A stretch of DNA of 59,676 nt, filler included, from Sphacelaria rigidula (taxonomy: Eukaryota), in NCBI GenBank assembly GCA_964200075.2. It is 5 parts of 5 records of this genome, joined end to end, with 100 filler letters (N's around TTAATTAATTAA, not from the genome) between each part and the next. Parts side by side here need not be neighbours in the genome. Positions count along the whole stretch, not along the records: positions 11,957 to 23,812 come from CAXNAA020004416.1; positions 23,913 to 35,768 come from CAXNAA020004417.1; 3 more parts are not named here. One strand, given 5' to 3'. Shown here piece by piece: positions 12,325 to 24,790 of this stretch (positions within the stretch are counted from its first letter, which is position 1; every line of letters starts with the position of its first letter). A program made the translations under genes and the position numbers. The notes below the pieces were generated by a model that made no database searches, was not told the DNA's origin, and saw only the letters and a list, made by a program, of their open reading frames with translations.

Positions 12325-14193
12325 AACCACCGTTCTCCTTTAACCTACTAGGACACAGCCCAGATATGGATATAAAATGGAGGAGTTAACCGCTTCTTTT
12401 TTCGACCCACCATAAAACAGCCCGGATACGAGCCGGGCCGCCCAAGAAGCCACCAGGAATGTTAAAACGCACATTCTTTGCTCAATTTTGGATCTTTTTC
12501 GATGAAATTTTGACACGATGTACAGGACATATGTGCAAATACCGAACCTTTTCTCCCGTGCGTTTTCTTCTCTTCGTGAGTTATTGGCAAGTTATCCCGA
12601 AAAAAGTGTTGTGAAATATTCCGTCGCCAATGACTCACGAAGAGAAAAAACACGAGATAGACGGTTTGGTATTCGCACATACGTCCTGTACATTGTGTCA
12701 AAATTTCATCGAAAACGGTCCAAAATTGAGCGAAGAATATGCATCATTCCGTCGACAACCGGTTACTTTAGTATATGGAAGTGGACCAGTTACGAAAAAT
12801 TCAAACGCATTTATGCTGTTCAATTTCAAGCTGCTGTCGATGCAATTTTGACACGATGTACCGGACGTATGTGCGAATACCGAATCTTTTCTCCCATGTG
12901 TTTTTTCCCCTTCGTGAGTTATCGGCAATTTTGTTCCGGAAAACACGTTCTGAAATGTTCCGTCGCCACTACCTCATGAAGAGAAAAATAACACGGGAGG
13001 AACGAAGGGGTGTTTGCACATACGCCCTGTACATCATGTCAAAAATTCATCGAAAGCGACTGAATATTGAGCTCGGGAATGGTGCTACAGCTTGTGCGGC
13101 ACTACGTGGCACAAAACTGACTGTAACCGAAAATCCAATCTCAGCCGGGTTTTTTTTGCTAATTCCGCCGCACATGGAACCCTCAACTCTCTACACTTTC
13201 GCACTTGACTACCGTTTGGTATTTTGTTCGATGACACCTTGTCGGATCGCAGTGCTACATGAATTTGAAGACGCGCGCTGATTTGCCGATTACCACAATG
13301 TGTAATAGTAGGCACAACTCGCAATACGTCGATAGAGCGGGCTGAATGACAGTGAGCTTCTTAGGCGACCCAGCCTGTATAGATATGGAATAACGAAGAT
13401 ATCCATCGTTTTCCTTGACGAGCCAGAACGCAGCCCGGACATCGACATGAAATGACGAGGCTAATCACCGTTTCTCTGTGACCTTCCAGAACACAGTGCG
13501 GACAAGGGCGTGAAATGACGAGGCTAATCATTGTTAATCTGTAACCCACCATGACACCGCCCGGGCATAGGCATGGAAAAACGAAGCTGAACATTGATTT
13601 TCTTTGACTTACCATAACACAGCACAGACATGGACATAGAAAAAAAGAGGCTAACCGCTTCTTTCTTTGAGCTACCATTACACTGCCCGGACATTGACAT
13701 GGAATGACGAAGCTAAACACTTCTTCTATGACCCGACCATTACACAGCCAAGATATAGACATGGCGTAATGGAGGATAACCCTCGTTTTTTTCAACCGAC
13801 CAGAACACAGCCCGGACAGAAATGAAATGAAGAAGCTAGCTATCGGCCCTCTGTAACCTACCATAATACAGCCAAGATATAGACATGAAATAACGAGGCT
13901 AACCATCGTTTTTTATGTAACTTACCAGAACACGGCCCGGACATCGACATGGAACGACGAAGCTAACCATCGTCTATTTTTACCTACTAAAACACAGCCC
14001 GATCATGGACATGAAATAGAGAAGCTAACCGCTTCTTTTTTTGACCCACTATAACACAGCCCGGATATAGACATCAAATAACGAAGATAACTATTGCTTT
14101 TCTTGACGAACCAGAACATAGCCCGGACATGACATGAAATGGCGAGGCTAACCATCGTTTCTCTGTAACCTACCAGAACAAAGTCCGGACATG
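12325..14193 (+). repeat. 63-bp tandem array, forward arm (about 2 units at 12325-12450, about 13 units at 13362-14193)
   Basis: Consensus approximately GACATGAAATGACGAAGCTAACCATCGTTTTTCTTTGACCTACCAGAACACAGCCCGGACATA; period seen at 13444, 13507, 13570, 13633, 13696. Confidence 0.92.
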
Positions 14194-14194
14194 G

Positions 14195-14700
14195 TGAGCC
14201 TCGTCATTTCATGCCGATGTCCGGGCTGTGCGCTACTAATCTAGAGATAATGGGTAGCGTTGTTATTGCATGTCGATGTTTGTGCTGTGTTCTGATAGGT
14301 GACAGAAAAACGACAGTTAGCCTCATTGTTCCATGTTCATGTCTTGGCTGTATTATGGTAAGTTAAAGAAAAACAAGTGATTAGCTTCTTCGTTCCATGT
14401 CGATGTACGGGCTGTGTTCTGGTACGTCGAAGAAGGACGTGGTGAGGTCCTTCATTTCATTTTCATCTCTGGGCTGTGTTCTGGTATGTCAAAGGAAAAC
14501 GATGGTTAGCTTCGTCATTCCATGTCGATGTACGGGCGGCCTTATGGGGGGTCCAAGACAAACGATGGTTAGCCTCATCATTTCATGTCTATGAACGGGC
14601 TGTGGTCTGGTAGGTTAAAGAAAAACGATGGCTAGCTTTCTCATGTCATGTCGATGTACGACCTGCGTGCTGGTACGTCGAGAGAAACAATGGGTATCTT
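14195..14700 (-). repeat. 63-bp tandem array, inverted arm part 1 (about 8 units)
   Basis: TAGCTTCGTCATTTCATGTC.ATGTCCGGGCTGTGTTCTGGTAGGT units are the reverse complement of the forward arm. Confidence 0.92.
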
Positions 14701-16277
14701 CCGCAGGCACCGGAGGTAAGGTAGGTACCCAGTATCGGTATTTGGGACATCTCATACCCTACCGATACCATTCCATTCGGGTATTTTCTAATGTCAGCAT
14801 TCGCTTGGTTGTGTTGCGTGGGAATTCAAATGCTCGACGGGTACACGTTACGTTGGGTGCAGCTCCGCACTCTTGCCAGCTTCAGCTGGAAGACGACGTC
14901 GGAAACGATTCGCAGTCTACAGCGCACAAGCAGTACGTCACCTGACTGTATTCCCACCCTGTGAGGGATCATCACGTCTTGCACCACCGTTATGGGTGGC
15001 ATGTGGAACAATCATCGCAATGCGGCCGAGGTCTGCTGTTTGAAAGTACTGCGTACCGTACCGTCTGTACTACTGTTTGTACAACTGACTCTCTGTACGG
15101 TATCGCTGTACAGCAGTTCACAGCATCGCAATGCACTGTTGTAGAGTTCTGTGTTGTACTCTCTGTACTGCATTCTACCCTACGCTGCACAACACTACAG
15201 CACTGGAGTGTCAAGAAGTGCGCCGTGGTGGATTGAAGTACTGCAGGTGCAGTGAAAACACGAAGTTTATGGTGCGTACGATGCCGCAGGGTACGGTACA
15301 GTCAGTGTTGTGCCGACCTATATACTTTCGAAGTGTTGTCGTCCCTTCTGTTGAAGTGGACGATGGTCGATCGTACATTTGGCGGTGCAACCTGCGGCCA
15401 ATCACTGCGACAGTAAAAATTACGTCATGCCACGTCACATCAGCTTCCGCTTTGAACTTTTTAACGTCCACTGTGAAGTTTTGAAGCTTCCACTCCGCAC
15501 TCTGTGGCTCTATGATAGATGAAATATCTTCCGAAACTCTCTAATATTACATCATCGTTACGATGTTGTACATCATTTCGTCATTTATGTCGAAGATGAA
15601 CATCATACACACTAATATTCCACGTGTAAGCAAGCACAGAGAAGGAAACCGAGAAGGACGAGAAGTAACAAGAAAAAGTTAGGGGCCGGAGGAGTCATAC
15701 AAAATAGACAACACGGTGCCAAAATACCAAAAAAACAATCGTGTATACAAGGTTCCTCTTCGGGAGGTTGGTGCGGGCCTCCCGGGGGTGACGCAAGTCG
15801 AAAAAATATGGTGAAGAGAAGCTACTCTTGTATCTCAATGTACAGTAGTGATCGTGGCTGTACAAAACATCGCACGTGTTATCGGATGTCGTTCGGAAAT
15901 ATGGGAGTTCTGACGGAGGCCGACGGCGGAACCGCTGGCGTAGGATATGTGTGGTATACCCGAGGTGCCAGAGTGCGAAGTAGCTCTCGTGCCACGAAGA
16001 CATGGTAGCGTGAGGTACTTGCCGAAAAAATGGAATGCGTGGAACATTCTTGGCATGTTCTTTCTACATCACTGTGACTTCCACATCACTGGGCCTTTTT
16101 TTAAGGCATGGTGATTATTTTTCGCGACGAAACATTCCTGTGCTGCCGTGCTGCTGTGCCTTGTTCAACCCGCCCTCGACCCATTGCACGGTGTTGTGTT
16201 TGTTGCTGACTAAGGCCAAGGCAATGCTGAATTGTTTCACACGTCGGACAACTCATGAGTTTACTCAGATATACTCT

Positions 16278-16660
16278 ATGACTCACCTAGCCAGGATGTG
16301 CATAACTGAGTTATAGTTTATAACTCACCCGGCCAGAATGTGCATAACTGAGTTGTAGTTTATAACTCACCCAGCCAGAATGCGCACAACTAGGTTATAA
16401 CTCACCCAGCCAAAATGCGCATAACTGAGTTATAGTTTATAACTCACCTGGCCAGATTTTGCATCGCTGAGTTATAGATTATAACTCACCCGCCCGGAAT
16501 GTGCATAACTTAGTTATAGATTATAACTCACCTGCCCGAGATATGCATAACTGAGTTATAGTTTATAACTCACCCGGCCAGAATGTGCGTAACTAAGTTA
16601 TAGTTTATAACTCGCCTGACCAAGATATGCATAAGTGAGTGATGCTGCTATAACTCACGG
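16278..16660 (+). repeat. 42-bp tandem array A (about 9 units)
   Basis: TATAACTCACCCGGCCAGAATGTGCATAACTGAGTTATAGTT repeated. Confidence 0.95.
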
Positions 16661-17306
16661 ACGAGTTATTGGAGAATGAGTATGAAGAACAAACTCACTC
16701 GACCGGAAACACGCGGAAAACAGCGATCGACACAACTCACTCATGTAAGAGGAAACGCGTGATCACGTGACGCGTCTGCTGGTACACATAGCGTGGAGGG
16801 CCTTGTAGCTTATACGCATATATCAATACTGCCGCAGGTGTAATATGAAATCATGTACAATTCACGAGTATACAATATTAAAAAATTCACTTTATTACGG
16901 TTTCACGTTTCTGGACGGCCGGGCGGGGAGAGGGGTGGGGGGAGGGGGTATTCTCATTCCTCACCATTTGTACATTTGGCACGGGGTCAGACAGACACAC
17001 AGGGAGTTTCGCCATAACACGCTTGATACATGTTGCATCACACCCGTCGAGTGGACCACCCAACTTTTCCGACTTGCTTGGCACAGAGGTTTTCGCGAAT
17101 GGTCTCTGAAAAGCACAGCTGGACTGTTTTTTTGTTTGTGTACTTAATGAGGTGCCGGCTTCCACATCGATCGCCTCGCATCCTCTTTCTTGTGCGGTAG
17201 CGTCGCTGGAGTTCGTAGTGGATGCCATAGTAGACTAATGTATCGTGTGTCGCATGCAAGGCAACTCTCTATGATCGTCGTGCACACGCCAAGCATGTGG
17301 GTGTGG

Positions 17307-17307
<1 letters not shown>

Positions 17308-17345
<38 letters not shown>
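17308..17345 (+). repeat. (TG)n microsatellite
   Basis: Direct reading. Confidence 0.95.
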
Positions 17346-17353
<8 letters not shown>

Positions 17354-17678
17354 GAAAGGGGTATTACACAAACTAAGGGCTAAAGATGAGCTATCTCAAA
17401 ACTCACAACTCAGAACACAAAAGTGACGTGGCCGTGTCATGAGTCAAGGGGTAAATATGGGTAATTTCCGAACTCCGAACACAAAATTTCTCAGAACTCC
17501 GAACACAAACCCGAGTGACCTGGCTGTGTCGCATGACTTGAGGGGTAGAGGTGAGCTATCTCAGAGATCAGAACATACAAGTAAGAGGGACATCTCTTTG
17601 TACAGAATGAGCTGTTTCAGAACTCAGAACACATAACGGAGCTCCACATCACTCTTTATATTTTGTGATTTTTCGTTC

Positions 17679-18063
17679 TATAACTCACCCGGCCAGAGTG
17701 TGCACCGCTGACTTATCTTCTATAACTCCCCTGGCCAAGATATGCATAACTGAGTCATAGTTTATACCTCACCTGCCAGAGATATGTGTAACTGAGTTAT
17801 CGTTTATACCTCACCTGGCCAAAATATGCACCGATGAGTAATAGTTTATAACTCACCCAGCCAGAATGTTCGTAGCTGAGTTATAGTTTGTAACTCACCC
17901 AGCCAAAATGTGCATAACTGAGTTATAGTTTATAACTCACCCAGCCAAAATGTGCATAACTGAGTTATAGTTTATAACTCACCCAGCCAAAATGTGCATA
18001 ACTGAGTTATAGTTTATAACTCACCCAGCCAGAATGCGCATAACTGAGTGATGCTGCTATAAC
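17679..18063 (+). repeat. 42-bp tandem array B (about 9 units)
   Basis: Same unit and orientation as array A; period seen at 17931 and 17973; both arrays end in GAGTGATGCTGCTATAAC. Confidence 0.95.
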
Positions 18064-18073
18064 AGTCAGCTGT

Positions 18074-18613
18074 AAGCTTCGTCATGTCATGTCTATGTTC
18101 GGGCGGTGTTTGGTAGGTTACAAAAAAGAATGGTCAGTTTCGTCATTTCATGTCCATGTTTGGGCTGTGTTATGGTAGGTGAAGGAAAACAAGCGGTTAG
18201 CTTCGTCATGTCATCTCTATGTCCGAGCTGTATTATGGTAGATGAAAGAAAAACAAGTGGTTAGCTACGTCATTCCATGTCTATGTCCGGGCTGTGTTCT
18301 GATAGGTTACAGAAAAGAATGGTTTGCTTCGTCATTTCATGTCCACGTTCGGGCTGTGTTATATTAGGCAAAAAAAGCAAGTGGTTAGCTTCGTCATTTC
18401 ATGTCTATGTCCGGGCTGTGTTATGGAGAGTCAAAGGAAGGCGATAGTAAGCCCCGTTATTCCATGTCCACGTTCGGGCTGTCTTCTGGTACGTTAAGGA
18501 AAAAAGTGTTTAGCTTTGTTTTTCCATGTCTTTATCCAGGATTTGTTATGGTATGTTGAAGAATAGGATCGGTAGCTTAGTAGTTTCATGTCTATGTCTG
18601 GGCTGTGTTCTGG
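18074..18613 (-). repeat. 63-bp tandem array, inverted arm part 2 (about 9 units, plus a remnant at about 18745-18790)
   Basis: Same unit and orientation as 14195-14700. Confidence 0.92.
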
Positions 18614-19076
18614 CAGAGAAAAAAAAACGAAACAAGCAGAAACAAGGAATATCAGAGGAAAGAGAAGGAAAACGTAAAAAGGAATGAGTAAAACTTGGGG
18701 GACTAGGAAGAAACTAGAAAACAATAAAAATGGCGTCACAAGGGTCAGCTTTGTTATCCCATGTCTAAATCCAGTTTGTGTTTTATTGTGAGGGGAAATC
18801 ATTGGTTCTTTGGGTTGTTGCATCATGTCTAGTGTGTCTGTTGGTCCGGGCAAATATTTTGTCTAGTGGCGATATCTGCTAGATGTACGGTGACAGTCTG
18901 TGCATTTCATGTCTAGGTTCTCGTGTATTGTTTTACTGGGCCGTCGCCACTCGGCGCCAATCCAAGAGTCTAGACATGAGGGGGGGCGTGTTCACTTCTT
19001 GATTACCGTAGTCGTTCGACCACTGACCGCTCGGGGGCTGTTTGACATCTCTTGATAGGCATCATTTTCGAGTATA

Positions 19077-19320
19077 AAATTTCGACTCAATGGTCGACGA
19101 GGGAAAGGGACTGCTGAATCCCTCTCGCGATAGAAATAAAGGCAAGCACCGCAGAAGGAAGGTGGAGAACTAAAAGCAACCTAAAAAAGAAACAACTCGG
19201 AAGGAAGGTGAAGAACTAAAAACAATCTAAAAAGGAAAAAAGCCTCCGTGTTGACCTTCCTCCTGTGTGACCCCGGCTGGTGCGCCCACATATACCGAAA
19301 GGTGTAGACCGACGTCTAGA
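19077..19320 (+). repeat. Dispersed repeat matching the sequence upstream of the LINE (58740-58940, opposite strand); another partial copy at about 20040-20195
   Basis: GGTCGACGAGGGAA.GGGA.TGCTGAA and CCTTCCTCCTGTGTGACCCCGGCT shared among the loci. Confidence 0.8.
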
Positions 19321-19440
19321 ACAGATGGGACGACAACACCACATCTTCCTCGCTGATCCTCTCCTCTCTTGCATTTCAGTGGACATTAATTAGGATGTGT
19401 TCTGCTCATCCTCAGGTTGGGAATATATTAGCTTCCCGCT

Positions 19441-19683
19441 ACACTTTCTACGATAGCCCCCCCCCCCCCCCCCGAAACCAGCCCCAAAGTGTCACGAACA
19501 AATGATCATACAGCGCCTGATGTTTGGGTTCAGGCTGCATGAAGCGCCTCATGTGGGCGACATTGGTGAAAACGAACCCAACCGCGGGAATTCCAAGCTG
19601 CCCGCTTTGCTCGGTTTTTTCCGTTTCAGATTTCGCCTACCCAAACCAGGCACTTTTGGGGGCGGGGCTATCGTAGAAAGTGT
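19441..19683. mobile_element. MITE, about 245 bp, with 20-bp TIRs
   Basis: ACACTTTCTACGATAGCCCC ... GGGGCTATCGTAGAAAGTGT; internal sequence homologous to 22689-22953. Confidence 0.8.
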
Positions 19684-21206
19684 CCCACGCTGTGCTCTAT
19701 ATGCGCGTCACACTTGCAGCGTGTTTTCACCTCACACGCCTCTCTCTTCCTTCTTTGCGGTTGCTGCTCTGATGCTGCAGCGTTTGATCATCATTTCTTC
19801 ACCGGCACCATTTTCAGTCTGAATTTATGGGCACCATGTCCGAAACGATCGGCCGTCATACGCTGAAATGGTTAGCTCGATCGGTTTTGCACTTTCTGGT
19901 ACGTAGGCATCCTTTTCGAGTACATCTCCGCTGATCCTCTTCTCTCTTGCATTCTAGTGGATATTGGGGGTACGTTCTGTTTCTGCTTGGATTCCTAGTG
20001 CGTATGTTGTCATCTTATCTATTCTGAACGCCTGCCTACACATTTCGGTATGCGTGGGTGCATCAGCCGGGGTCACACAGGAGGAAGGCCAACGCAGGAG
20101 CTGTTCTCTATTTTTTGTTGTAGTGCTCCACCTTTTTCCTACGGTGCTTGCCTTACGCTTATCGCCGGAAAGATTCAGCGGTCCCTTTCCCTCTTAAAAG
20201 GAGTACATTCGCTTTCCGCGCTGTGTTCTTTTGCATGGGGGTCACATCTGAGCGTGGGCGTCGCACCTGAACATGTTCTCGTCTCGCACGCATATCTCGT
20301 CCTTCTTTTCTGTTTCTGTTCTGCTGCTACAGCGCTTTTTTATCATCATTATTATTATGGTCGGCATCATTTTCCTTTCTGAATTTGACTCGGCATCATT
20401 TCTGAAACAGTCAGCTGGGTCATTTTTACCGTATTTGATAGGCATCATTTCCGCTTCGGGTTTGAATCGGCATCATATCTGAAACGGTCGGCCGAGTCAT
20501 TGCAGTGTTCCTCTTATTTTCCTCACTCGGGTTGATGGGCACTTCGTGGTCCGCTCTCGAAACTGGTTCGAATACTCTCGTCCGGCGTTGTGTGATCTGT
20601 ACCGTTCTGACATTTGCTGAAAAAGCTCTGAAAAACATCAACGGGTCAGCGTGTCGTATGCTTCAGCTTCGGCATCATGTAGAAACGGTCTGCCGGGTCA
20701 TTGCAGTATCATGTGTTTCCCACTCGGGTTGACGGGCACTTTGTGGCCCGCTCTCAAAACCGGTTCAAGTGCTCTCTCTTCTCGGGTATTCCGTCCTGTG
20801 CCGCTCTGCCGTCTGCGGGAAAAGCTGTGAGAATCACGGACGGTTACCCCTTTTTCAACTTTGAGTCGACATCACTTCAACGGATGCTGAGCCCTTTCTG
20901 TGCGTGTGCTGTGCGCGCGTCTCACACAAAACACCGTTCGTCAGTGGACTCTAGAAGATTTGTGCAGGGTCACGCGCAACGTGCTCAGCTGATGAGCAGC
21001 CACGGCGTTTTGTTAGAACTATGCCACGTGCTATTACGTAACGCACACACACATATATATATACATATATCAGGTGCTCGAGTATTTTAAGATTCGATTC
21101 ACGGAGCGCGGCGACCAAAGCCGCCGAGAGCCTTGTATGTAGAACGCGTTTTCCCCAGCGTCGATCGCCGGGCGACTTTTGCTCTTCGTCTAGAGCGTGC
21201 GCAGTT

Positions 21207-21252
21207 TGTATGTATGTATGTATGTATGTATGCATGTATGTATGTATGTATA
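21207..21252 (+). repeat. (TGTA)n microsatellite
   Basis: Direct reading. Confidence 0.9.
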
Positions 21253-22688
21253 TGTTCATTAATGTTATTTGACACGTATTTTAGCGACTTTCCCGACAAT
21301 AAGTGTCTTTGGACGAGTGTTCAGCCATCACTTCTGCACTGCCAAAGTCATGCGATCCCCACGTTCTCGAAATCGTACAGGTGCTATATGCTGGAGGTGG
21401 CAGACGCAGAGAGGCAGGAGCTTCGTCGGCGCCGCATTGCCGAGCACGAGAAAAGGTACAATACGAACTTGAGAGGGGAATGACCGTACGGTAGCATTAA
21501 AACAAGGCCATGTAGTCATGTTTCCTGAGAACGAACGTCGTCAGCATTTGTCGTGATTTCAGCGAGGATGCCCAACATGCTTGGATCATCTTTCATGAAA
21601 AAATATCGTGCTATTCGAAGGCATAAATTGATATATGCATACATATATATGTATATATGTACACACAAGCGGAGATTTACAGCAAAACACCTGGCTAGCG
21701 TAGCATCGCAAGCTAAGTTCTGTGTATTTTCCTCTTGGCTGATCATCCATTCATCAAAGTTACTCGTTAGTTCATCTATGAGGTCGTACCTGTGGTCTGT
21801 TGTGAAGAAAGTTTGCGTACAGCAGTTGTAGATTATATACCAGAGCAGCATAGGGCGGGACATCGCAGTGCAGTTCCGTAGTGCAGTACAGGCAATGCAA
21901 TGCGTGATGGCGTGGTGTCGGCGCAGTGCAGTACGCGGCGGCGCAGTGCAGTACGTGGCGGCGCAGTTTATCGTGGAAAATTGTAGGACGTGACCGTACT
22001 GTGCCAAATAGCACAGTACAACACAGCGCACGACATTTCAGCACGGTACGGTACGGTATGGTATCACACACACAATCGGGAGCGTGTATGCGAGTTGGCC
22101 GCAAAATTCCACGCTTGACATTGTTGTGTTGTCAATGAGTCCTTGGAATGGAATAACATGGTTCACTGAAAGAATGTATACAAAGAAAAGTATATACTAT
22201 TTTTGCACACAACTAGTTGATTCAGAACATGTTGAAAGGCGTACAACAATGGTAAGCTCAAATATGACGTAAGTTCGAACGAAGACAGCAGGTTACGCGA
22301 TCCAACCGCCGTCTGACAATCCACTCAATTTGAAGTAGAGTACACTACCGGAGGTTTCGATCGCACGGTTGTAGGATGGACACCTTAGGACACCCCGCGT
22401 TCGCTCTGCGTCCTCCCAAGGCGGCACACCAAGGTGAAAGGAGGAACTATGTTCGGTGCGTCGGTCGTCTCGTATCGGCTGCAGACTTTTGTAGCGGACG
22501 TCCTTGTTGCCCCCGACCCACCTACCGTGCGAAACACCCCATGCTATGATTCTTGGTTAATTTATTTTATATTGGTTAACTGACTCACTTAGCTTGTGAT
22601 GAAGTCAGCGTTGTTTTGTTTTTTAAGCGTTTTCTCTCTCCACGACCAGCTATAGTGGGTTTCTACGTTGTTTACCGAGTAATTTTTT

Positions 22689-22953
22689 AGTGATACCACG
22701 ATAGCCCCCCCTCCCCCCCCCTCCCCCGGACCAGCCCCAAAATTGTCGCGAAGAAAATGGCCATGTAGCGCATGATCGCTGGTTCAAGACTGTATGAAGC
22801 GCCTCATATGGACGGCATTAGTGAAGACGATCCCAAGCGTGGGAGGTTCCAGGTGCTCGCTGTGCTCGACTTTCGCCATTTTGATTCGCATGTAGACTTG
22901 CCCTCTTGAATCAGTCACTTTTCCCGGGGGGAGGGGGGCTATCGCGGAATCAC
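22689..22953. mobile_element. MITE related to 19441-19683
   Basis: AGTGATACCACGATAGCCCCC ... GGGGGCTATCGCGGAATCACT; shared internal ATGAAGCGCCTCAT.TGG. Confidence 0.8.
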
Positions 22954-23769
22954 TTTATTGCACGAGTTTTTAACTGTCTAATTTCCCCATTACCGGTACC
23001 TTGCATATCACCCCGCCAACAACAACATGGGGTAGTAAGGTCCTGGGATCAGGAAACGGTATCACTCCGGGAAGGTATATATACACCGTGAAATATACGG
23101 TGGCCATCCTCTAGCTCTTGTGTGAGAGTAGCCATCGTCAACCGTATTGTCAATTTTCCCAGAATCAGGGTCAGGGTTAAGTCTCCCTAGTTTCTCAATG
23201 TCTGCGGCTAAGCTGTTCCCGTGATTCACACAGATGGGAATATCTATATCAATTCACTATTCCCCCCCCCCCCCCCCACCCCGCCGTCATCACCTCTTCC
23301 ATGCGCCCGACCTTCGCGAGTATCCAGAGAAGTCATAACTTTTCCTCTCGCCTGTAGAAACGAACCGTCAACCGCCGCCATCATTTCCGTTGATGGTTCT
23401 TCCTCGTGGAAATCTACAGAGAAGGTCGTTTTGATGTTCGCACCACCTGGAATATTTGTATCTAGCGTGTACGGTTGTGCTATACCCATTTAAAATGTTT
23501 GGTGGTGTACTGTAGTTTGCAATCTTGATCAGATCCCTCACCAATCTCGCGGCCCGCTCAACGCCCTCCCCGGGCAAATTCACATGTCTCTCTTCTTCCT
23601 TCCTTTCACGCTCTGCCATGTTATGGAGCATGGCGGGTATTAACCGTAGGTACTAAACCAACCTCCCCCCCGTGACTAAAACGCTGGGATGACAAGGTTT
23701 GGGCTATTTCGCGCAGTAACAGTCAGTATCTACAGTACAGCGAGAGTACGCAGTATGTCCTCCCCCTCC

Positions 23770-23812
<43 letters not shown>

Positions 23813-23912
23813 NNNNNNNNNNNNNNNNNNNNNNNNNNNNNNNNNNNNNNNNNNNNTTAATTAATTAANNNNNNNNNNNNNNNNNNNNNNNNNNNNNNNN
23901 NNNNNNNNNNNN
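23813..23912. other. Artificial 100-nt spacer
   Basis: 44 N + TTAATTAATTAA + 44 N. Confidence 0.98.
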
Positions 23913-23914
23913 CT

Positions 23915-24790
23915 CGCAACTGTTAGATCACTACCATGGGTATCTGTTTTCACCCCGCATGTCAAGGAGGTCTCCACAAGTGTTTGATGTCTCATACACC
24001 CCCCCCCCCCTAACTGGTGTCTCGCACGCTCTTCTCGTCGTTGCGCACCCGAAGGGTCGCTCACGTACATGTCGGGTAAAATCAACGATGGATAGCACCC
24101 CTCAAGTTCAAATTGGATATAGAGCAATGCTACGATAGGGGTTGCACTTTTTGTTTCTGGGTCTCCTTATTGGAGGAACCCAAATATATGAGGCTTACTG
24201 TGCACCTCGAATCTCTTGGGACCGGACACGGAGATGCACGCAGGGGCCTTTTCGTCAATCTGCATCATTTTCAGTATTTTTCAAGTATAATTATTGCCGA
24301 TTCTCAAAATGACGCATTCAACACCCCGAGAAGCACTTTCGCTAAAAAAGTGCAACCGCTACTATAGCATCACTCTATATCTGTTGTTTTCGCCGCACCA
24401 CCGCCCTTGCTAGCATGCGTGTGACAGAGAACAGTAGCAGCGGTGACAGGAACATTGCCCAATTTTCTACGACATGTTGTTTTTCAGCGCACAGAGGCGC
24501 GTTCTGTCCAAAATGAGAGATAGAGAGAAATCGATCTTTGCACTCGTGAGCTCGACAGGCAATTGTAAGACGAGAAAAAACCTCTCCGCAGCTCGATGTT
24601 TCGGCACATGGAAAATTGGGCACATGCTGGTAACATCGATGATGCCAGTCTCTCGAGCGATTGGTCATCGCCGAGCGAGGACAAACAAAGGACACAGGCG
24701 AGGAGCTTCCTCTCTGTCGTTGCTTCTCTCTCAAGTGATATCGTCATTGACACGCGTGTACACCGCATTCCTTAGGTGCACCTAGCCACA
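23915..24790 (+). repeat. Second copy of the 2520-3120 repeat, interrupted by a MITE
   Basis: Collinear with 2520-3120 apart from the 24122-24375 insert. Confidence 0.85.
24122..24375. mobile_element. 254-bp MITE with GAG...CTC termini and TATA duplication (Sola-like by end structure)
   Basis: TATA|GAGCAATGCTACGATAGGGGTTGCACTTTTT ... AAAAAGTGCAACCGCTACTATAGCATCACTC|TATA; an empty site (GGATCTATCT) is visible in the paralogous repeat at about 2698-2707. Confidence 0.82.

Noticed and set aside
13361..13906. 181-aa Cys-rich repeat protein ORF
   Set aside because: By-product of the 63-bp (21-codon) tandem repeat; neighbouring units contain stops
16278..18063. CRISPR array
   Set aside because: Variable segments are only about 14 nt and are variants of one sequence, not unique spacers; no cas-like ORFs; eukaryotic context
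23244..23631. Retroelement RNase H remnant (AAVDGS)
   Set aside because: Only one weak motif in frame-broken sequence; insufficient support
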